Shown piece by piece: positions 52,811 through 64,000 of a stretch of 64,000 nt of DNA (position 1 is its first letter; each line of letters starts with the position of its first letter). The notes beneath the pieces were generated by a model. It was not told where the DNA came from. It searched no databases and saw nothing but the letters and a program-made list of their open reading frames with translations. The translations under genes and the position numbers were made by a program. The DNA is taken from assembly GCF_006345805.1 (NCBI RefSeq), contig NC_043012.1, positions 59,272,001-59,336,000 of the forward strand, given 5' to 3'. This DNA comes from Octopus sinensis (lineage: Eukaryota).

Positions 52811-55029
52811 TGTTTCTTTATTAGCCACACAGGGCTGCACACAGATAACAAATTACAAGGTAGAGCTTTTCTTTTCAAGGTTTAAAAAAAAAAAAAAGGA
52901 AGGGGAGTTCGATCAAAAGGGATCGTAAAAGGAGAGAAAGAGGACAAAAAAAGGGGGTTAAAAAAAAGGGGGAGAGGAAAAAAAAATTGATCAATAGGGA
53001 TCGTTATCACAGAAATGTCAATATGAAGTGTAAAGGGGAGGACAGGTGAGGTTTACCCGTGGAAAGAAAAGCCTACGGAAAAGACCACGGTAACCCCGGT
53101 CAATGAAGTCACTTTTTATATTTCTTTTTTTTTTTTTTTTTGCAAAAAGCAACTCTCTGTTTCGATTTCTGGGTTCATAGGACTATGCTCAAGGTGGCTT
53201 CGTCATTCATACGTGCCATTCTTGCTACATTCACCCATCTTTTTTTAAAACATTCGCTAGACAAAACTTGCCTCTCTACTCTCACTTTCCTTTTCAAGTG
53301 GTACTTGAAGAAGTTGATGAGAGATTGACCAGAGAGGAAAGTGTTTGTCTCCAATCCTTTCAGACGCGTCCACCAGATACATTCTTTCGCCATAGCCACA
53401 AGGATGATGAAAATAGCTCTTCCTTCCCGTTTGAAGGAAGGAGGCGTGACAATATTGACGATAGACTCAGCTGATAAACCGACTCGTCCCACACGTGACA
53501 GCAGTTGTTCGACATAAGCCCACAGGTCGGAAATTGTTGGACACTGAACGAGTGCGTGCAGAACGGTTTCGTCGCTCTGACCGCATCTCGGGCAGGTCGG
53601 CCCCGTGTTCTCGAGCCGTGTCTGTAGAGCTATCCCGAACGGGTAGCGCTTCTCGGTAGCACTGCCAGGCCAGGGATCTCTGGAAGTTGTCCATGGGCCC
53701 TGGCCCGAAAGTCGTCCTGAACAGGCGGGTCAGGTCCTCCTCGTCGACGTCCAGGTTCGCCCCGAGCTCGTCGTCGTACCTCCCCTCCACTAAACCCCTA
53801 TAGAATGCTTTGTTGTGTTGAAGTCACTTAAGGTCGACCCAGGACGGCAGAGTTGCTTGAGAGGAACGCGACACTCGCGGTGCCATTCGCCCTTCCTCGG
53901 CTCTTTTTGATCCACGACTGCAGTTCGGTCATGGAGACGAGCTGCGGGAAAGCGTGCCTCACAAACGGCGACCACACCTGTTCACCGTCGTCTACATAGA
54001 GCCAGAGATGTCGCAGTCTCAGCGCGTGTCTGCGCATCATCAACCACGGCATGCCCAGCCCTCCTTTTAACGGGTTGTTGACAGCAAATGGATCGCCTGA
54101 CCATCGGGACGCATCCTTTCCACAAGAAGCGAAAGAGGATGCGTTGTAGTTTGGTGATGGTAGGGTCGGGACAAGGTACGACGGTCAGGCGGTAGTAGAT
54201 GACGGACGCGATGTACGTGTTCGCCACCTCCGCTCGACCTTTTAGGGACAGTTTCCTCTCGGCCCATTGCCGGGCGAGAGTGACCACCCTACTCGTTATC
54301 TCGTTCCAGTTCTTCTCCACTTGGAGGTCCGGACCAAACCAGACCCCGAGCAACTCAACCGGGCCGTCGGTCCAGCGTCCCACGACGGAGGCGCTGGTGG
54401 ACGGCATGGGCTTGCTTCTCCAGGTGCCTAGTCGCAAGCCCACTGACTTTTCCCGGTTGATTTTCGCTCCTGTCACCGCTTCGTAGTTTTTCAGCGTCTC
54501 GCCGACCAGCTCGATGTGCTCGTGGCTAGACACTATGACGGTGACGTCGTCCGCGTGTGCAGACACGCTCGTCCCGCATCCCAATTCTCGCGGGATGCCC
54601 CTTAGAGTCGCCAGCTTCCGCAGTAGTGGCTCAAGAGTCAATACGTATAGAAGCGCCGAGAGGGGGCGTCCCTGACGGACCGAACGTGCAATGTCGAAAG
54701 GTCTCGATAGATGTCCATTTACGCGAATTACCGAACGGATGCCTCTGTACAAGGCAGTTATCCAGCCGCGGAAGACGGGACCGAAACCAGCCGCTCTCAG
54801 TACTGCCTCCAAGTATCGATGGTCTACCCTATCAAAGGCTTTCGATTGATCCAAGTTGATCAGGGCCCCACCCATGCCAGGTTCGTTAACTACCCTGTCT
54901 ATGATGTAGTGCATCAGATGGAGGTTGTCATGGATGGTCCGGCCTGGCACGGCGCATGTTTGCGCCTTGTCGACCAGTTTCTCGATGACAAGCGCCAACC
55001 TCTTGGCTAGCACCTTGGCCAAAATTTTC

Positions 55030-55031
<2 letters not shown>
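52811..55031 (-). mobile_element. 5'-truncated L1/Tx1-clade non-LTR retrotransposon inserted in (GATA)n
   Basis: RT motifs KILAKVLAKRL, QTCAVPGRTIHDN, INLDQSKAFDRVDH, SVRQGRPLSALLY, AHADDV; zinc knuckle CPRCGQSDETVLHALVQC (~53535-53590); AATAAA at 52817-52822 on the minus strand; (GATA)n on both sides. Confidence 0.92.
53175..55031 (-). pseudogene. ORF2 (reverse transcriptase plus CCHC) of the Tx1-like element, frameshifted
   Basis: 349-aa open frame 53982-55031 continues through frames 53828-54052, 53467-53790 and 53175-53492; YADD is altered to HADD and QGCPLS to QGRPLS. Confidence 0.9.
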
Positions 55032-55081
<50 letters not shown>

Positions 55082-55449
55082 CATAATACGTATTATTAAA
55101 ATGGTTTGAGCCGGATCCATACTAATATGCAAGCTTCACCTATGTATGTGTATCTTTGTGTGTGTTTTAGTACCTATGATTGTCCTACAGCCAGCGCTTG
55201 ACAGCCGTAGTTTGTGTGATTACGACCCGATAACCAAACGGTTTGGTAAAAGAGGCCGACAGAATAAGAATTCGGGTCAATTTGTTCGACTGAATTTTTT
55301 CAAACCGGTGCCCCAGCATGACCTCAGTTAACTGACAGTAACAAGTAAGCTATACATATATGCACACAAATACGCAAACGCACACACACAACACACACAC
55401 ACACACACGCACACACACACACACACATACCTATATATATCACAGGTGG

Positions 55450-55750
55450 ACGCGCAATGGCCCACTGGTTAGGGCAGCGGACTTGCAGTCGTAGAATCGT
55501 GGTTTCTATTCCCAGATCGGGCGTTGTGTGTGTTTATTAAGCGGAAACACCTAAAGCTCCACGAAGCTCATGCAGGGGGTGGTTGCGATCCCTGCTGTAC
55601 TCTTCCGCCACAACTTTCACTCTTTCTTCTGTTGGCCTGCTCGCTTAGCCAGTGGGGTGGCGTCATTTGAAGGCTAAAACAATGCGAAGCGCATTGTGAC
55701 CAGCGATGTGTAGGACCACCTGATAGTCTGGCCGTTCACGTAATCACGTG
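55450..55750 (+). mobile_element. Family C SINE with an alternative 3' tail
   Basis: gcgcaatggcccactggttagggcagcgg head; the tail ...cgaagcgcattgtgaccagcgatgtg...cacgtaatcacgtga differs from the 11300 and 35148 copies. Confidence 0.75.
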
Positions 55751-56548
55751 ATATATATATCACCGATGATTTCGCATTTTGATGCTTAACGCATCTTAAC
55801 GCTCGCATCTTATTTTCATTTATATATATATATATATATAGATATATATATATATATATATATATAAAATTTATCGATGATGGAAGGATTTGAACTCAGA
55901 AGTCAAAAATAGGAAAATATATAACTATTTGACTAAATGCCACTAATCATGGCGTCACCCGACAATTTGCGACGCATTACACAGCCACCGCCACTCACTC
56001 TTCTATACCAATTCACATAATGAAATTATATTGATACATAAGTAAACGATATTTCATTAAATACATTTAGATATTTGTATGCCTCTATATGCATATATAT
56101 ATACGTGTGTGTGTGTGTGTGTTAGAATAAAATTCGTTATTATATGTATATATATATAAAGAAGAAAAACAAAGACTCGAAACAAACATGTGAAAAAAGA
56201 ATAATCATGAATTTCTGAAAGCATTCAACCGTGTAGTGACCCAAAATGTTTCCCAATTCTCATCAATCTTCTTCATTTGAAAAACCAGTCTTCTGATTAA
56301 TATATTAAATATTTGGGTAATTTATTCCATCAATTTCTACTCAATCAATCATCACGAAGCGGCGTTACTGAATTTCAGTCTTTTGAGCTTTCTTTATTTA
56401 TTTGTGTATTTTATTTGTTTATTTGTATAGTTTGTGTATTTGTTTTTGGTATATTCATGTGCTTCATTACTATTAGTATTATTAAGAGCTGTAGTTGTAT
56501 GTAATTATTTGTTAAATAACAAACTAAATTACATTGATACTTAGATAC

Positions 56549-56597
<49 letters not shown>

Positions 56598-56702
56598 CGC
56601 ACACAAACACACACTTGTTACACACATGGCTACATCATATATACATATATGTGTGTGTGTATACATACATCTATATATGTATACATATATATATATATTA
56701 TA

Positions 56703-56733
<31 letters not shown>

Positions 56734-56797
56734 TGTATTTATGTATATATATATATATATCTGTAAATGTAATATGTGATAATTATTCGGTAGCCAT

Positions 56798-56858
56798 GAT
56801 AAAACTCCGAGTTTCGGATGCCGAGGTGAAAATCCACTCCACCATCTCTTCAGTTATC
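56798..56858 (-). ncRNA. Type I hammerhead motif, intact core
   Basis: Reverse complement: gataa-CTGAAGA-gatg-gtgga(gtggatt)ttcac-ctcgg-catc-c-GAAA-ctc(g)gag-TT-ttatc; GUU triplet, 5-bp stem I. Confidence 0.7.
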
Positions 56859-56895
56859 CGGCCATCGGATATTATATCTATATATCCGATGGCCG

Positions 56896-56956
56896 GATAA
56901 CTGAATAGGTGGCGGCGTGGATTTCCACCTCGGCATACGAAACTCGGAGTTTTATC
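56896..56956 (+). ncRNA. Mirror hammerhead copy with G8-to-U change, probably impaired
   Basis: gataa-CTGAATA-ggtggcggcgtggatttccacctcggcatac-GAAA-ctc(g)gag-TT-ttatc. Confidence 0.55.
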
Positions 56957-57365
56957 ATGGCTACCGAATAATTGTCACATATTTCATTTACATATAAATT
57001 CCTCTATTTACATAATATCGAGGTCTCTTTCATTCTTTTGTTGGCTTTTGTTGCCTTACCATTTTTATGAATATATATATATATATATATATATGTAAAA
57101 GTTTAAAAAATACACAAACTGGGACAAGAACGTGAAACATTTAGAAGACGACAAAAAACACGGACGGGACTTTCGAAGCTCTCAGTCATCAGTCAAGAAC
57201 CAGATCATCTTCGCAATTTCGATACATATATACACTTGTATAATCCAAGTAAGGTGCCGGAGAAAGACTTAAACGCATCTTTAATGATCTGTTACAATTG
57301 TTTCTCTACCAACTCTGCTTTTCTGCTTTCAGTTTACGCGTTCATCACTCTCTCTCTCTCTCTCG

Positions 57366-57404
<39 letters not shown>

Positions 57405-58005
57405 AAAGAATAATAACAGACGACGGATAATTGTCAGCTCATTATAGTTGTTTGTTATGCATTTTTCAGTAGATTGAGAACATTACAAAAAGCCGTAATC
57501 ATCAGATGAGTGCCGTCTTTCTCCTTGATCTCAACCATTAAGACGGACACCATCATGAAATGCGTGGTATCTTGAGGAGTTTGAAGTTATCGAAGCCCGT
57601 TTCTTTTCCAAGTTTAAAGATAGGGCATGGAGGGGGAAGGAAGAGAGAGGATGGTGTCAGGGAAAGAAAGAGAACGATAAAGAAATTTCGGTTACTTTGC
57701 GCAATCCAAAATGCAAAGATTTCTTCGACATGCTTTGAACTTGAATCGCAGGCAGTTACAAGAAATACATTCCAAGAAAATATACTTTTACTTTATTTAT
57801 TCATTTTTGAAGGGCAATGTGGTTAGTCAATTACATCGACACCAGTACGCAACTGGTACATATTTTATCGACCCCCGAAAGGATGAAAGGCAAAGTTGAC
57901 CTCCGCAGAATTTGAACATAAAGACGGACGAAATTTTGCTGAGTATTTTGCCCGGAGAGTAAAGGATTCGGGCAGCGCGCAGGCTTAATAATAATAATAA
58001 TAATA

Positions 58006-58061
<56 letters not shown>

Positions 58062-58063
58062 TT

Positions 58064-59004
<941 letters not shown>

Positions 59005-61131
59005 TTTGGTGAATGTCCTGCACGAATAGCTGCGCAACTCAACACCTTAATAAATGCCAACCAAGTAACAGGTGGTTGACATTGGGTAGGACAGTGCTGT
59101 GCTTGAAAAACATCGAAAAAGGCAATTACAGGCCGATATCCTCTTTGCCACTTATGATGAAGTTATTGACTAGAATATTCGCAGAGTATATGTGAAAACA
59201 TCTGAAAAAAATAGAGTCTTGCCACATGAGCAGAAGGGTTGCAATCGTAAGTGCAGAGGTACTAAGGATCAACTCCTGATAAACTAAACTGTAGCTAGAG
59301 ACTGCAAGAGGAGGAAAAGCAAATTAGCCATGTCATGGATCGACTATCGTAAGGCGTACGATATGATCCCACATTCTTGGATTATGGAATGTATGAACCT
59401 ATTTGGTATTGCATCGAATGTTGAGCGATTGCTTGGAAAAATTATGGCGATTTGAAGGACGGACCTGACAGCATACGAAAGAAGCTTAGTGAGAGTAGAA
59501 ATTAGGAGAGGCATCTTCCAAGGGGACTGCTTATCCCCACTGACCTTTTTACTGTGCTTGATACCACTAACACTGATTCTGAAGAAAGCAAAAGCTTGGT
59601 ATGTATTCGAAAGCCGCCAACAAAAAGTCAATCTTTATGGTAAAAATGAAGTCCAAATCAGTTCCCTCGTTGATACGGTGTATACCTTCAGTACTGATAT
59701 CAGAATGGAGTTCAGACTGAGAAAGAGTTGTGTCTTAGTCTTGAAGAGTGGCAAAAATCAAATGTATGGACGGGCTAACGATACCGTCGGGGGAGGTTAT
59801 GAAGCAGATATAAGAGGCGGGCTATAAGTACTTGGGGATTTGGGAAATGGATAAATTGATGGAGAAAGAAATGACAGAAATACTTAAGGTGGAGTACTTG
59901 CGCAGACTGAGACTGATCCTTAAGACGAAATTAAACGAACGGAATAAGATTGAAGCTATCAACACCTGGGTAGTTTCACGCCTTAGATATGGAGCAGGGG
60001 CAATGCATGGGCAGAAGACGAACCTAAACAGCTTAGACAGAAAGACAAAGAAGTTGCTAACTAGATATGGGACACTCCACCCAAAAAGTGACAGAGACAG
60101 ACTATATTACCAAGAAAAAGAGGGAGAAGAGGACTTATTGGATGCGAGCACAGCGTTAGAACAGAAAAAATCAACATAGCATCGTATGTATAAAAAGCCA
60201 TAGAACCGCTATTATTAGAAGTAGGATGGTCAGACTTGTGTAGGATGAAATACTGAAAAGATAAAGTACTGTACAAGAAATTGTAAACGAATGAAAGTGA
60301 AAATAGGGGGAGAAGAAAAAAATGCATGGTCAATTTCATAGGGATGTTGAAGATAAGACTGACAGAGAGAAAAAAAGGCTGTGGATGACTACAAGTGATT
60401 TAAAACCGGAAACCGAGGCTCTAATCTGTGCTGCCTAAGTGCAAGCACTAAGAACAAACTACATAAAATACAGATTAGACAACACAACAGAAAGTGATAA
60501 GTGCAGAATCAGTGGACAAAACAGTGAAACCGTATGACATATTACCAGCCAATGTACACTACTAGCCCGGAAGGAATATAAGAGGCGCCACGACAATATA
60601 GCTAGGCTTGTCTATTGGATACTTTGCAACAAGTATGGACTTGACAGAGCAAAAAATTGGTACGACCACAAACCCGAGGGCATCATCGAAAATAAAATGC
60701 AAAGATCCTATGGGATTTTATGATTCAGTGCAACCATGAGATGTAGAATAGGAAGCAAGACATAGTCTTAATAGAGAAAGAAAACAAACTATGCTGGATC
60801 ATAGATATAGCATGCCCAGCTGACAACAAGGTATGTGCTACAGAAGAAAGAAGAGTCGAGAGAAGTGAGAGGTTATCTTGGGAAGTTAAGCAGTTGTGGT
60901 CGATGAAAAAGGTAGCAGTAGTACCAATAATTGTCGGAGCCCTGGGAACAGTGAGCAAAAATCTCCAGAAATACGTGGAACAAATAGGGGCTGCAATAAG
61001 GGTGGATCATTTGCAGAAAACAGCACTCCTTGGAACTGCTCGAATACTTCGGAAAGTGCTCGAAGAATAAGAGGTGTTACCTTAGGTCATTGGTAGTGAA
61101 CAGCTGACACTGTAGTACATCTCCAGCGTTA

Positions 61132-61132
<1 letters not shown>
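59005..61132 (+). mobile_element. Second, longer 5'-truncated R4/Dong-like LINE in the same (TAA)n tract
   Basis: [71 protein letters not shown]; catalytic MDD segment is absent (QKVN-LYGKNE); (TAA)n at 61133-61224. Confidence 0.9.
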
Positions 61133-61225
<93 letters not shown>

Positions 61226-61724
61226 GAAGAGTGCATAATAATATAGTCCTAGATAAAATATGTCCGATTAATGTCCAGTTTGATGCTAGTCTTCGTAACC
61301 TGTTCGGTTCAATTCCGCGTATCTGAGTTCGCGGCTTGACCATTTGAGCCACTATCATTTATTTGAAGGAACAACTTGTCGGTTGACGCTTTGTTGAGCC
61401 CAGAAGATGCGGCCGATTTTCCTCCGGCGTCCATTGTGGAAAGTATTATTCTTAATCGTGTCTCCTACCACCCGTCAGGTTTCAGAGCCACATATTTTAG
61501 AAAAGATTCGATTTTGCTATTATATAATCCAGTTTTAGAACTAATTATTTATTGTGTAGACTTCCAGAACAACTGAATTCTTGCGAATGCCCCTGCGCCC
61601 AGAACTCTTCTCCAAGAGCTGGGTTGTATATTTTACTTCAATACTTTTTATCTGCGATATTGCTTGGAAATTGCTGTAGGGTTATCTTACCACTAAAATC
61701 CTTTCAAATGAAGACACAAGGCCG

Positions 61725-62482
61725 GAAATTTGTGGAGATAGAAATAGTCGACCACATTGATTCCAGTGTTTCACTGGTACTTAATTTATCGACCTCGAAA
61801 GGATGAAAGGAGAAGTAGACCTCTGCGCAATTTGAACTCAGTACGTAGCGACGGCCGAATGCTGCTAAGCATTTCATCAGGCATGCTAACGATTCTTATT
61901 TCTTTACTGCCCACAAGGGGCTACACAAAGAGGAGACAAGCAAGGACAGACAAAGGGACTAAGTCAATTATAACAATCCCAGTGTGTAATCGACTCCGAA
62001 AGGATGAAAGCCAAAGTCAACCTCGGTGGAATTTGAACTCAGAACATAAAGACAGACGAGATACCTATTTCTTTACTACCCACAAGGGGCTAAACACAGA
62101 GAGGACAAACAAGGACAGACAAACGGATTAAGTCGATTATATCGACCCCAGTGCATAACTGGTACTTATTTAATCGACCCCGAAATGATGAAAGGCAAAG
62201 TCAACCTCGGCGGAATTTGAACTCAGAAGGTAGCGACAGCTGAAATACTGCTAAGCATTTCGCCCGGCGTGCTAACGATTCCTATTTCTTTCCTGCCCAC
62301 AAGGAGCTACACACAGAGGGGACTAACAAGGACAAACAGATTAAGTCGAATATATCGACCCCAGTGCGTAACTGGTACTTATTTAATACACCCCAAAATG
62401 ATGAAAGGCAAAGTCGACGAGGGCCTAAATGTTGCTAAGCAGTTTGTCCGGCTTGCTAACGTTTCTGCCAGCTTGCCGCCTT
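61725..62482 (-). mobile_element. Family A SINE head-to-tail array (about 4 units)
   Basis: Repeated ggatgaaaggcaaagtc(g/a)acc units; junctions near 61890, 62062 and 62280. Confidence 0.85.
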
Positions 62483-62782
62483 ATCTTTCCCTTATGATGT
62501 CTGTATGGACGTTAAAATATGATCATACGCATGCACGTGTATGAGTAAGTTTGGATAGGATGTATCTTAGGAAAACTAGCAATTGGTTATACATGCAAAC
62601 TAGCACTTACTTTCTACAGCACTAACCTTTATCATAAGAAAAGTCTGCTATTTTGGGTCAATACAGGCCTTACTCAGTGTCGCCACTGGTGTTGGCTTCA
62701 GATTGTTAAGCACTGGAAAACACCGTGTGGCATATCGCCAACACCGTAACGAGTTGCGGCAATCCACTACCCTGGAATCGTG

Positions 62783-62816
<34 letters not shown>

Positions 62817-63223
62817 CCATCATCATCAATGACAACAACAGCAACATCAACAGCCTCTCGATGTTATTGTCTTGAATGCTAAGACTTAGGGGATCAGTTA
62901 CCTGGTTTCTATAACGTATGAGTGACCAAGATCACAATAATCACAACCTCCATACACACACACACACACTGAACGAGATGCCAGTCCGTCGCACATTACA
63001 AGGTTACTCGTTTACTCCTTGATTCGATAGGAACAACGTGAAGCGAAATGTTTTGCACAAGAACACAACGTACCACTCAGTCCTGGAATCGAAACCAAAT
63101 CGTGCAATACCATCAGCACTAATATCGAGTTAGTTTTATACCGTTCGAAAAGAATTGGATAAGGCTCCTTCCCATGTCATATAAGTTCATAGGGCCGGTT
63201 TCCCGGGTTCTCTGCAATGGAGG

Positions 63224-63655
63224 TACGTGGCTTAGTGGTAAAGGTATTGGATTCATTATTGTAAGATTGTGGTTTCGATTCCTGGACCGGGCGACGTGTT
63301 GTGTTCTTGAGCAAAACACATTTCACGTTGCTCCAGTCTACTCCGTAGTCAAGAATGAGTAATCCTGCGACAGACTAGCGTCCCGTCCAGGCAGGGGGTA
63401 TATACGCCATGGAAACCGGGACACCGGTCCTAATGAATCGGTATGATTCAAGATAACTATCTTTTTGCCGGATATGACTCACCCCTGGATGGGACGCCGA
63501 TCTTTTGCAGGGTTACTCGTTTTTGCCAGGTGAGTGGACTGGAGCAACGTGAATTAAAGTGCTGTCCTCAAGAACACAATACATCGTCCAGTCCAGGAAT
63601 CGAAACTACAATCTTACAATCATGAGTGCAACACAATAACCACTTAACCCCGCGC
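63224..63655. mobile_element. Two family D SINEs tail-to-tail (+, 63224-63440; -, 63480-63655)
   Basis: gtggcttagtggtaaagg head on +; ttaccccgcgcc end marking the head on -. Confidence 0.7.
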
Positions 63656-64000
63656 CTCTGCTTAATATAATTCTCTCCAGCAAAAATTGTTACGACGCTC
63701 ACTCAAAGTGTATGACTCTGCTGTGATTTATTTCAGTGACAGATGTTTTGAGAACTCAAAATCCCTCGACTATAATTGGTTATTGTATCATTTTAATAAC
63801 CGAGCATTAAGAGCTCAAATCAGACGGGTAAACTTTACAATTATATTTGCAGGGTGGATAAACTGAACAGCAGTCGGAGGATATTTCTGCTCATGAATTG
63901 TTTATTTTTTAATCTACATTCAAAGACTTGGAGAGCAACAGTACAATGAATTAGCCGCCTAAATGAAGTGTAATTTGGAATAAAACGTTGGAGTGATTGC

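Larger units (their letters stand above)
56762..56992. repeat. Large palindrome with ~110-bp arms and a hammerhead motif in each arm
   Basis: About 56762-56873 pairs with about 56882-56992; short AT-rich loop. Confidence 0.95.

Overview
AT-rich, repeat-saturated animal DNA. The SINE families and microsatellite content point to a cephalopod, most likely Octopus (inference from recognition, not a database search). I found no host protein-coding exon I can support; almost all listed ORFs are translations of (TA)n, (CA)n, (GATA)n, (TAA)n, (CAT)n and (GGT)n tracts. Real coding remnants: a decayed full-length mariner transposon (24252-25529), a 5'-truncated L1/Tx1-clade LINE on the minus strand bounded on both sides by (GATA)n (52811-55031), and two 5'-truncated R4/Dong-like RLE-LINEs in tandem inside a (TAA)n tract (58064-61132). 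At least four tRNA-headed SINE families are present in dozens of copies, one forming head-to-tail arrays. The most notable signal is a set of eight minimal Type I hammerhead-ribozyme motifs from several unrelated repeat families. They include one at the 3' end of a tRNA-headed SINE-like element, a 360-bp-period pair with the U3-A8 core variant, and a pair on the two arms of a ~230-bp palindrome. All ribozyme calls are by-eye folds and are untested.
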